A stretch of 64,000 nucleotides of DNA, from positions 554 through 64,553 of the forward strand of contig JBGSIV010000214.1 in assembly GCA_041742355.1 (NCBI GenBank), in the 5' to 3' direction. The translations under genes and the position numbers were made by a program. Shown piece after piece: positions 20,439 through 28,420 of the stretch. The notes beneath the pieces are model-generated. The model searched no databases. It had not been told where the DNA came from and saw only the letters and a list, made by a program, of their open reading frames with translations. The stretch comes from Candidatus Zixiibacteriota bacterium (GTDB taxonomy: Bacteria > Zixibacteria > MSB-5A5 > GN15 > FEB-12). Every line of letters starts with the position of its first letter. Position 1 is the stretch's first letter.

Positions 20439-20939
20439 ATGATGATCTCACAGACTATGGCGAAAGCCCTCAACGACCAGATCGGCGCTGAGCTCGCCTC
20501 CGAGTATATCTACCTGGCGATGGCCTACAAGTTCGAGGACATGAACCTGCCGGTTTTTGCCAAGTGGTTCTATAAGCAGGCCGAGGAAGAGCACCGTCAC
20601 GCCCTCAAGATCGGCAAGTACCTGGTCGAGCAGGGTGTGTCCGCGGTAGTCCCGGCGATTCCCGCCCCCCAGGCAAACTGGAAGTCGGCGCAGGAAATCT
20701 GCGACGGCGCGGTGGAGCACGAGAAGTACATCACCAAGCGCATCCACGACCTGGTCAAGCAGGCCCGCACCGAAAACGACATCGCCACCGAGCAGTTCCT
20801 GCAGTGGTATGTCGGGGAGCAGGTCGAGGAAGTCGCGACGACCACCCAGTTGGCCGAGATGGTCAAGCACGCCCAGAACGCCGGCCAGCTCATGATGCTG
20901 GAGGGGCGCGTCTGGCGCATGGTCGAGGGACGGGACTGA
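20439..20939 (+). CDS. ftn: non-heme ferritin
   Basis: 166 aa with ferroxidase residues (ELASEYIYL, AEEEHRHA). AAGAGGAG ribosome-binding site. TATAAT at 20414-20419. The longer ORF-track start at 20307 has no ribosome-binding site. Confidence 0.88.
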   Translation: MMISQTMAKALNDQIGAELASEYIYLAMAYKFEDMNLPVFAKWFYKQAEEEHRHALKIGKYLVEQGVSAVVPAIPAPQANWKSAQEICDGAVEHEKYITKRIHDLVKQARTENDIATEQFLQWYVGEQVEEVATTTQLAEMVKHAQNAGQLMMLEGRVWRMVEGRD

Positions 20940-20965
20940 GCCGGTCCATTTGAAAGGCACGTTTC

Positions 20966-20997
20966 ACGGCCGCCTCTTCGGGCGGCCGTTTCTTTTG
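20966..20997 (+). terminator. rho-independent terminator of ferritin
   Basis: Stem ACGGCCGCC/GGCGGCCGT with loop TCTTCG, followed by TTCTTTTG. Confidence 0.8.
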
Positions 20998-21041
20998 CCG
21001 GCGGCGCCCGGCACCCACGCCTGACTGCCGCCCCTTTTTTC

Positions 21042-21069
21042 TTGATACGCCCGGGTTTCGCTGTATATT
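21042..21069 (+). promoter_or_regulatory. sigma70-like promoter (TTGATA-16 nt-TATATT)
   Basis: -35 TTGATA at 21042-21047 and -10 TATATT at 21064-21069, about 60 nt upstream of the ATG at 21129. Confidence 0.45.
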
Positions 21070-21128
21070 ACTTCAGTACCGTTCGACAATACTTACAGAC
21101 CCGCCACAACACATAAAGGCTGCCGGAC

Positions 21129-23870
21129 ATGAAAACACTCGGGTTCCTGCTCTCGGTACTGGCGATGCTGTCACTCCTCCCCACTCCATCTTCGGGCGCG
21201 ACCGAACACTACCTTCGCTTGACGGTCGAGTCCCGGGACCAAGTTTCCTTTCTCTCCAAAGTCATCTCGATAGACAACGTGCAGGACGGCCTCGTGCTCG
21301 CGTACGCCACCGATGACCAGCTTGCCGAACTTCAGCGCCTGGGCTACACGTTCGAAGAACTCCCCCACCCCGGCAGCCTGATTCGCCCCGAGATGAGCCG
21401 CAGCGCTCTCGATGTCTCCGCGTGGGATACGTATCCCACCTACGACGCGTATGTCGCCATGATGTACCAGTTCGAGGCGACTTATCCCGACCTCTGCCAG
21501 ATTGTCAATATCGGCTCGACCGGCGAGGGGCGCGCCCTGCTCTTTGCCCGCATCTCGGACAACGTCGGTGTCGAGGAAGACGAACCAGAGGTCCTCTACA
21601 CCTCGACCATGCACGGGGACGAAGCCACCGGTTATGTCCTCATGCTCCGCCTGATCGACTCCCTCCTCTCCACGTACGGCACCAATGCCGAGGTGACCGG
21701 GATGATCGACAGCCTCGATATCTGGATCAACCCGAATCACAACCCCGATGGCACCTACGCGGGCGGCAACAACACTGTCAGCGGGGCGACGCGCGGCAAC
21801 GGCGCACTGGTCGACATCAACCGCAATTTCCCCGATCCCGATAACGGCCCGCACCCCGACGGCAACGCCTGGCAGCCCGAGACGATCGCCATGATGAATT
21901 TCGCCGAGACTCGCACGATCGTTCTCTCGGCCAATTTCCACGGCGGCACCGAGGTCGTCAACTACCCGTGGGATACCTGGTCGCGCCGGCACCCCGATGA
22001 TGCCTGGTTCCAGACGGTCAGCCACCAGTATGCGGATTCGTGCCAGAAGTATGGCGCCGCGGGGTACATGGACGGCTACAGCGACGGCATTACCAACGGT
22101 TACGACTGGTACGAGGTGCAGGGGGGCCGCCAGGACTTCATGACTTACTGGTACAGTTCGCGCGAGGTCACGATCGAGATCTCCAACACGAAGCTCATCC
22201 CGGCCTCCCAACTTCCCGCCCACTGGGTCTACAACCGCGTCTCGCTTTTTGACTGGCTGCGCCAGGCGCTTACCGGTGTGCGCGGCATAGTCACCGACGC
22301 CGCCACGAGCCTTCCGCTGCACGCGATGATCTCGGTCATCGGCCACGATTTAGCGATCGACAGCTCGTATGTCTTCACCGATTCCGTTGTCGGTAACTAC
22401 CACCGGATGATCGCGGCCGGGACATGTGATCTCGTCTACTCGGCCCCCGGCTATGTCCCGGATACGGTGTTTGACATTGTGGTCACGGCCAACGCCCCTG
22501 CCGTCGTCCTCGATGTTCAGCTTCAGCCGTTGCCGTCGGTTCCGGTGCTCCTGCTTGAGAGCCATTCGATCGCCGGGGTCGACCCGGGCGAGTCGGTCAA
22601 CGCGCTGGTTACGCTGCGCAACGAAGGCCCGGTGGCCGCCACGAAGGTTTCCGGCATCCTGCGCACCGGTGATCCGTATATCATCGTTACCGACAGCACC
22701 GCGTCCTTCCCCACGATCGCCGCGCTCGGCGGGACCAGTGTCTCGGTCAGCCCCTTTGTCTTCGACGTCTCCCCGGCCTGTCCGCAAGAACACACCGTTA
22801 CCTTTGTTCTCCACCTTACGGCCGATGGCGGCTATGACGATTCCCTGCTCTTCTCGGTGATTGTCGGACAGACTGTCGAGGATTTCGAATCCGGAGGTCT
22901 TGCGGCCTTTCCGTGGCAACAGGCAGGGTCTGCCTGGTGGTCGGTGACCGGGGGCAGTGTGTACGAAGGTTCTTTCGCCGCTCGATCCGGGGTCATCGGC
23001 CATTCTCAGTCCACCAGTCTCACGGTCACGCTGGACGATCTTCTCCAGGGGCCGATTTCCTTCTACCGCCGCGTTTCTTCCGAAGCCGGCTGGGATTTCC
23101 TTGAGTTCTATCTCGACGGCGTCCGTCGCGCGCAGTGGTCCGGCGAACTCCCGTGGCAGCAGGTTTCATTCGAGGTCACCCCCGGAACCCACACGTTCCG
23201 CTGGACCTATGTCAAAGATGGCTCCGCTATAGGCGGTTCCGATGCCGCCTGGATCGACTTCATCACTTTCCCGCCGGCCAATCAGGATCTCGATGGCGAT
23301 GGCGTGCCGGCTGACATTGACAATTGCCCTGCGCTGAGCAACCCCGACCAAGCGGATGCCGATCTTGACGGCCGCGGTGATGTTTGTGACAACTGCCCCA
23401 GTATCAGCAATACCGACCAGGCCGATGTTGATTCGGATACGGTCGGCGATCTCTGCGACAACTGCCCCGCCGTCAGCAATACCAATCAGGCTGACGCTGA
23501 TTCGGATACGATCGGTGATCCGTGTGATAACTGCCCGGCAGTGAGTAATACGGCTCAGGCGGACGTTGATTCCGACACGGTCGGCGATTCCTGCGACAAT
23601 TGCCCCGAGATCAGCAATTCCGATCAGGCGGATGCTGACCTTGATGGCATAGGCGATGTTTGCGACTACGTCTGCGGCGATGTCAACGACGACGCGAGCG
23701 TGATTGTCAGCGATCTGACGTATATGGTCAACTACCTCTTCAAGGCGGGGCCGGCGCCGACCAATCCCGCCGCCGCCAATATCGACGGTCAGGGTACGGT
23801 CAATGTCGGCGATGTCACTTATCTTGTGAATTACCTCTTCAAGGGTGGCCCGCCGCCGGTGTGCGGGTAG
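21129..23870 (+). CDS. secreted M14 zinc carboxypeptidase with an Ig-like middle region, five thrombospondin type-3 calcium-binding repeats and a C-terminal dockerin
   Basis: 913 aa. Signal peptide. M14 motifs [10 protein letters not shown] and [12 protein letters not shown]. Repeats DNCPxxSNxxQADxDxDxxGDxC. Dockerin-like duplicated segment [23 protein letters not shown] / [21 protein letters not shown]. Confidence 0.85.
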   Translation: MKTLGFLLSVLAMLSLLPTPSSGATEHYLRLTVESRDQVSFLSKVISIDNVQDGLVLAYATDDQLAELQRLGYTFEELPHPGSLIRPEMSRSALDVSAWDTYPTYDAYVAMMYQFEATYPDLCQIVNIGSTGEGRALLFARISDNVGVEEDEPEVLYTSTMHGDEATGYVLMLRLIDSLLSTYGTNAEVTGMIDSLDIWINPNHNPDGTYAGGNNTVSGATRGNGALVDINRNFPDPDNGPHPDGNAWQPETIAMMNFAETRTIVLSANFHGGTEVVNYPWDTWSRRHPDDAWFQTVSHQYADSCQKYGAAGYMDGYSDGITNGYDWYEVQGGRQDFMTYWYSSREVTIEISNTKLIPASQLPAHWVYNRVSLFDWLRQALTGVRGIVTDAATSLPLHAMISVIGHDLAIDSSYVFTDSVVGNYHRMIAAGTCDLVYSAPGYVPDTVFDIVVTANAPAVVLDVQLQPLPSVPVLLLESHSIAGVDPGESVNALVTLRNEGPVAATKVSGILRTGDPYIIVTDSTASFPTIAALGGTSVSVSPFVFDVSPACPQEHTVTFVLHLTADGGYDDSLLFSVIVGQTVEDFESGGLAAFPWQQAGSAWWSVTGGSVYEGSFAARSGVIGHSQSTSLTVTLDDLLQGPISFYRRVSSEAGWDFLEFYLDGVRRAQWSGELPWQQVSFEVTPGTHTFRWTYVKDGSAIGGSDAAWIDFITFPPANQDLDGDGVPADIDNCPALSNPDQADADLDGRGDVCDNCPSISNTDQADVDSDTVGDLCDNCPAVSNTNQADADSDTIGDPCDNCPAVSNTAQADVDSDTVGDSCDNCPEISNSDQADADLDGIGDVCDYVCGDVNDDASVIVSDLTYMVNYLFKAGPAPTNPAAANIDGQGTVNVGDVTYLVNYLFKGGPPPVCG
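23319..23663 (+). repeat. five tandem 69-bp coding repeats (TSP3 units)
   Basis: GACAA(C/T)TGCCC recurs at 23319, 23388, 23457, 23526 and 23595, an exact 69-nt period. Confidence 0.9.
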
Positions 23871-23879
23871 GGAAGGGGA

Positions 23880-25215
23880 TTGCGTCGTTCCCCTCGGGAT
23901 TGGGTTCGTTTGCGCAATTGAGGGTGGCCGTCGATGTCGGGTTTCTCGGCGCTGAAGCGCCTCGGAACCCCGACCTACTCCCTCGACCCGGCCTACACCC
24001 GAGATAAATTGAGTTCGTTTGCGCATGTTTCGGAGCGCTGCCGTATCTCTTGTCAAGCACCCAAAGCGGTGCTTGACCTACCGCTGACGTAATTGGGTTC
24101 GCTTGTTCACCTGGCCGGTTTTCATTCTTTCTGTGTCAGGCTCCAAGGAGCCTGACCTACTTCCAAGGACAAAGTTCGTTTGCGACCGCTCGGGGGTGAC
24201 ACAAGGCCACCCCCTACGCGGGCGGAGGGGGCAGTCGGTGTGCTCGCAGGGCGTGTCGGTCGCCGGGTGGACGTGTCGACAGATTGGGTTCGTTTGCGCA
24301 TGTTTCTCCTGTGCGTTCATAGCTCTCCGATGTCTTTCCATACTTGCCTCCCAGTCGGGTTTCTCGGGGCTTGCGCCCCTCGGAACACCGACCTACGCCT
24401 CAAAAACACCGACCTACCGTTGGGTTCGTTGGCGCAGATTCCGTGTTCCTGGTTCTCCCTTTGTCAGGCTCTGAACTACGTCGATTAACGGCCGGTATCC
24501 TCAAGATCAGGACCACGGGGGGCCTGACAGACGAGAGGAGTACTCGTATCGGGCGGCCCGCAGCAGAGCTGCGGGTTACCAGGTCAAGCAGGAATGTCAT
24601 TCCAAGCTGCCCGCAGCAGAGCTGCGGGTTACCTACTGTCAGGCTCCAAGGAGCCTGACCTACGGGCCGGAGAGTGGGTTCGTTTGGTAGTCCCGGCATA
24701 CGGTAGAGTCAGGCTTGACTGGGCCCCGGCCTCCGCCGGGGTGACAGAGGAGAAGCCGGGGTGACAGAGGAGAAGCCGGGGTGACAGGTATGCATTCTCC
24801 TCCTTCGTCGGGCTGACAGCCAATGGACCTGGCCGCACGATTACTCTGCCTTCTGCCTTGCGGACGCTCTGTTCTATACATGCTGTGGACCGATCCTCTA
24901 TCTCTGTTGGTTTGCCGGTGATTTTGCGGGGCATTCGCGGCCGATGTGGACATCGGCCGCGCACTTCGTCGCACACATTTTGCCGGTCGTTCGCGGCAGA
25001 TGAGGACATCTGCCGCGCACTTCAGCCGGTGATTTTGCGGGGCAATAGCGGCAGATGTGGACATCGGCCGCGCACTTCGTCGCACACATTTTGCCGGTCA
25101 TTCGCGGCAGATATGGACATCTGCCGTGCACTTCCGAAGAGTCACACGCTCTTCCTCGCTCCGCTCGGGGTCGCGCAAGACCCCGCGGAACGGGGGTTGG
25201 GCTTCGTTGAGCGCA
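23880..25215. repeat. REP/BIME-like mosaic cluster A (about 1.3 kb, non-coding)
   Basis: Packed with short modules:
- TGGGTTCGTTTGCGCA-like at 23901, 24011, 24092, 24171, 24283, 24421, 24674 and 25197;
- GTCGG...CCGAC-CTAC long hairpins at 23936-23968 and 24354-24396;
- GTCAGGCTCC-AA-GGAGCCTGAC-CTAC at 24135-24160 and 24638-24663;
- GTCAAGCAC...GTGCTTGAC-CTAC at 24052-24081;
- GGGGGTG...CACCCCC-TAC at 24192-24217;
- CCCGCAG-CAGAG-CTGCGGG at 24557 and 24610;
- a 20-bp tandem GCCGGGGTGACAGAGGAGAA (about 2.5 copies) at 24735-24788. Confidence 0.9.
24914..25135. repeat. two tandem 111-bp units, equivalent to four 55-56-bp sub-units each carrying a 9-bp-stem hairpin
   Basis: Hairpins GCGGC(C/A)GAT-NNGGAC-ATC(G/T)GCCG(C/T) at 24937-24960, 24993-25016, 25049-25072 and 25104-25127. 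A fifth copy lies at 44132-44155. Confidence 0.9.
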
Positions 25216-25243
25216 TCGCTTCTGGATCTGGCTTCCTGTCCGC

Positions 25244-26245
25244 GTGTACGCTATATTGGCCGATGGATCGGAGTATAAGCCGCATGATTGGAGTTTTGGC
25301 CAGGTGACCGGATCGACTCCACAGCCATTTGAACCGCGCCTCGACCGGTGCGAGTGCTGTCCGCGCGGCTGCAAAGCCGACCGCGCCTCCGGCGTCCTCG
25401 GCTGGTGCAAAAGCCCCGCCGGACTCTCGATCGGCTCGGTCTGCGCCCACCGAGGCGAGGAGCCGGTAATATCGGGCACGCACGGTATCTGCAACATCTT
25501 TTTCACCCGCTGCAACATGCAGTGTGTCTACTGCCAGAACTACGACATCTCCCGCACGAAGGAGCCGATCCTCGAGACGGAGATGGCTTTCGATGATCTC
25601 ATACGCCGCATCGAACGCCACCTCGACGCGGGCTGCAAATCGGTCGGGTTCGTTTCCCCGAGCCACTACTATCCCCAGATGCTCGGGGTGATTGACTCGC
25701 TCACCGCCCGCGGGCGTAAACCGGTGTTCGTCTACAACACCAACGGCTACGATCGGGTGGAGGCGATTCGGAGGCTCGAGAATGTTATCGATGTCTACCT
25801 GCCCGATTTCAAGTACAGGGATGACGCGCTCGCCCGCAGTTTTTCCCATGCTCCGGGCTACCCGGAAATCGCCGCCGCCGCGATCGGCGAGACGTTCCGA
25901 CAGGTCGGCCCCGACATCGTGCTCGATGAGGACGGTCTCATCACCCGCGGGCTTATCATTCGCCACCTCGTGCTTCCCGGCCAGGTGCAGAACAGTATCG
26001 ATGTCCTGCAGTATATCGCCACCAACTACTCCCCCGATTGCCACATCTCGCTCATGTCGCAGTACTGGCCCACCCCGGCGGTCGAGAACCACCCCACGCT
26101 CGGCCGGCGGGTTACGGAGGAGGAGTACGACCTCGTGCTGGAGGCGATGGAGGATCTCGGTTTCAGCCGCGGCTGGGTGCAGGAACTCGACTCCAGCGAC
26201 CATTACCGTCCCGACTTCATGCGCGATCATCCGTTCGAACCATAA
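25244..26245 (+). CDS. radical SAM protein (PflX-like; homologue of pyruvate formate-lyase activating enzymes)
   Basis: CNMQCVYCQN (CxxxCxxC) plus an N-terminal Cys cluster CECCPRGC. The start is uncertain (GTG 25244 or GTG 25304). Confidence 0.75.
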   Translation: MYAILADGSEYKPHDWSFGQVTGSTPQPFEPRLDRCECCPRGCKADRASGVLGWCKSPAGLSIGSVCAHRGEEPVISGTHGICNIFFTRCNMQCVYCQNYDISRTKEPILETEMAFDDLIRRIERHLDAGCKSVGFVSPSHYYPQMLGVIDSLTARGRKPVFVYNTNGYDRVEAIRRLENVIDVYLPDFKYRDDALARSFSHAPGYPEIAAAAIGETFRQVGPDIVLDEDGLITRGLIIRHLVLPGQVQNSIDVLQYIATNYSPDCHISLMSQYWPTPAVENHPTLGRRVTEEEYDLVLEAMEDLGFSRGWVQELDSSDHYRPDFMRDHPFEP

Positions 26246-26340
26246 GCCCTGTCCCGCTGTTACACGGAAAACACGACGCCGGGCCGTCTTAGGCCGGCAA
26301 GGACTATCAACCGTCAGGCAGACGTGAAAGGGCTATCATC

Positions 26341-26817
26341 ATGGCCGACGACATCAAGAAAGTGCTCCGCAAATTCGAATACGGCGTGTACGTGGTCACC
26401 ATGGGCAAGGGGGAAGACGGCAACGCCTTCACCGCGAGCTGGGTCACGCAGGTCAGTTCGGAACCCCCGATGGTCGCGATCGCCGTGCACAAGAAGCGCC
26501 AGTCGATCCCGATGCTCAAGGAGCACGGCGCGTTTGTCCTCAACCTGATCGGCGAGGGGCAGGACGGCGTGGCGAAATCGTTCTATGGCCCGGCCGAATC
26601 GGGTTATGACAAGCTCAAGGGCCGCACAGTTCGCGAATCCCCCGCGACCGGTACCCCGGTCCTAAATGGGATCCTCGGTTATCTCGACTGCGCGATTGTC
26701 ACGACGGTCGATGCCGGCAACCACGTGCTGTTTATCGGCGAAGTGAAAGCGGCCGGTCTTGACACCGACTCCGACATCCTGACCGGGACGAACTCGGGGT
26801 TACGGTACACAGGGTAG
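26341..26817 (+). CDS. flavin reductase-like FMN-binding split-barrel protein
   Basis: 158 aa. YGVYVVT...NAFTASWVTQVSSEPPMVAIAV is typical of the flavin reductase domain. Confidence 0.8.
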   Translation: MADDIKKVLRKFEYGVYVVTMGKGEDGNAFTASWVTQVSSEPPMVAIAVHKKRQSIPMLKEHGAFVLNLIGEGQDGVAKSFYGPAESGYDKLKGRTVRESPATGTPVLNGILGYLDCAIVTTVDAGNHVLFIGEVKAAGLDTDSDILTGTNSGLRYTG

Positions 26818-26820
26818 CGG

Positions 26821-27080
26821 CATGACAGGAAGCCTGGTGCGATGTTTCTCGGATGCTGTCAGGTGGGGACACCTGACAGCACTGACGATTTCCATCTCTG
26901 GCTCCATCTCTGGCTCCACCTCGCGCTCCAACTCCTGCATCAGCATGCCTGATTCGGCCTGTCCGTACACTCTGTTCTATACTTACCGGGACGTCGGGGC
27001 AATCTCCATCAGTTCGTCAGTGAAACTGGACAGAAATGGCGGCGGTTTTCCAAGTCAGCTTTGACTCCGTCAAGGCAATG
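26821..27080. repeat. REP-like cluster B
   Basis: Hairpin GTCAGGTG-GGGA-CACCTGAC at 26858-26877. 12-bp tandem TCCATCTCTGGC at 26890-26935. Module ACACTCTGTTCTATACTTAC...GGGGCAATCTCCATCAGTTCG at 26967-27022, shared with 44057-44113. Confidence 0.8.
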
Positions 27081-27305
27081 ACCGCTATGAGGATAGGGGT
27101 GATGGAGCGGGTTGAAAATGGCTCGATTCAGGGCATTTGTCAGTGGTCGAGTTTATTGAAGAAGGTCGGAGATTTGCGGGTGGCCGGGTGCCTGTTATTC
27201 GTGCCGCGACCACGGTCGGTTTGATGCGGGCCGGCCCCGGCAGAAGAGGAGCCGAGCGTGGAGCTGGGGCAGGAGAGTGGACCTGTTGCGGTAGTAGGTT
27301 CTCTG

Positions 27306-27821
27306 TTAGTCGAGTCTCACTTCGATTTCATCGAGCACACGCCAGCCCGCCCCATCGGGAACGATGCAGGTGAAGTAGACTTCATCCGCCTTCACTGGCG
27401 CAAACGACATTTCATCGAGCACGAGTTTCTCGCTCACCCGCATCGTCTCGACCACAGAGAACCCGGTAGCGACATCCTCTCCCGGCAGAAACCGCAGCAG
27501 CATCCGCCGCTCATCCATCTTGCGCGGCGCCCCGGCCTCGTCCTTCGTGGTGACCTGAATGAAGCTGAAATCGATATAGAATTCGTACTCGGTTTCGTAC
27601 GACGGCAGATCGAAGGTCTTGCGCTGCGCTTCCGGCAGCGAGGAGCGGATCGGCTCGATCACGAGCAGGCTGTAGCAGGTATCGCACAGCCGTTCCCAGT
27701 CATCGAAGCCGGTCAGGTTTTCATCGAGGATGCGCGCCGCCTGCATGGAGGGGATCGACGCGTTGAGCGCCATGAGAAAGTTGCGCACGAGTTGGTCGAC
27801 AGTTGTGGTCCAGGTGCTCAT
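27306..27821 (-). CDS. hypothetical cytoplasmic protein
   Basis: 171-aa ORF, 4 nt downstream of the preceding minus-strand gene. I recognise no motif. Coding looks plausible from length and operon context. Confidence 0.55.
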   Translation of the reverse strand: MSTWTTTVDQLVRNFLMALNASIPSMQAARILDENLTGFDDWERLCDTCYSLLVIEPIRSSLPEAQRKTFDLPSYETEYEFYIDFSFIQVTTKDEAGAPRKMDERRMLLRFLPGEDVATGFSVVETMRVSEKLVLDEMSFAPVKADEVYFTCIVPDGAGWRVLDEIEVRLD

Positions 27822-27825
27822 AGGG

Positions 27826-28356
27826 TCATTTCACCCGCCAGAGGACGAACCGAGCGCGCGTCTCGCGCACTTTGGTGTCGGGATCGGCCAGGGTCAGGCG
27901 GAAGTCCAGCGTGTCGGGGTGCGGAAAATCGACGGTCACCTGGTATCCTTTGTTCTTGAAGGTGCGGTCGGCCACGAGGCGACCGTCGCGGATCTCTCCC
28001 CGGTACTTGGCGTGTTTGCCCCAGTTGTCCCATATTTCCCAGGTAATGGAATCAGTCTGAGGGTCGTGCCGCAGGAGTCCGGAATCGGCGTAGTTGAGGA
28101 AGTACTTGGTGCCGGTCATGGAGGTTTTGATGAGGTCGCGGCCGGCGTCGTACACGAACTCGCCCTGTCCTTCCAGTTCGACCTCGACATCCGTTACCGG
28201 CATGAGGAACATTCCTTCCCCTTCCCAGGATCCGACCAGGCTCTTCAGGTCAAACTTCTTCTGTCCCCCTTTGGCCAGCGGCGATCCCGCCCCGATTCCG
28301 ACTGCCAACAGCAGGGCTGCTGCTGCCGCCATGAGTATAGCTCTTTGTTTGTTCAT
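27826..28356 (-). CDS. secreted hypothetical protein (lipocalin/DUF1579-like suspected)
   Basis: 176 aa. Signal peptide MNKQRAILMAAAAALLLAVGIG. Motif LVGSWEGEG is similar to the 1749-2324 product. Confidence 0.6.
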   Translation of the reverse strand: MNKQRAILMAAAAALLLAVGIGAGSPLAKGGQKKFDLKSLVGSWEGEGMFLMPVTDVEVELEGQGEFVYDAGRDLIKTSMTGTKYFLNYADSGLLRHDPQTDSITWEIWDNWGKHAKYRGEIRDGRLVADRTFKNKGYQVTVDFPHPDTLDFRLTLADPDTKVRETRARFVLWRVK

Positions 28357-28420
28357 GCGTCCTCAATATAGGCGGGCGGCCGCCCGAAGCAACTTACAAA
28401 ACTCACCAAAGGCACCGGCC

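Noticed and set aside
23664-23867. Dockerin as evidence of a cellulosome locus
   Set aside because: No cohesin, scaffoldin or glycoside hydrolase genes are nearby. The catalytic domain is a peptidase.
24103-24699. Small ORFs inside repeat clusters (for example 24103-24474, 24344-24658, 43655-44248, 43913-44683, 28094-28741)
   Set aside because: Their sequences are just translated repeat modules (SFPRRR, AQTNP, QDPAERG, VTPAEAG). They lack ribosome-binding sites, overlap each other in several frames, and recur as DNA rather than as conserved protein.
24914-25135. Possible CRISPR array (24-nt palindromic repeat every about 56 nt)
   Set aside because: There are only four copies. The 'spacers' alternate between two mutually related sequences, so the region is a 111-bp tandem duplication. 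The repeats themselves vary. No cas genes or leader are present in the window.
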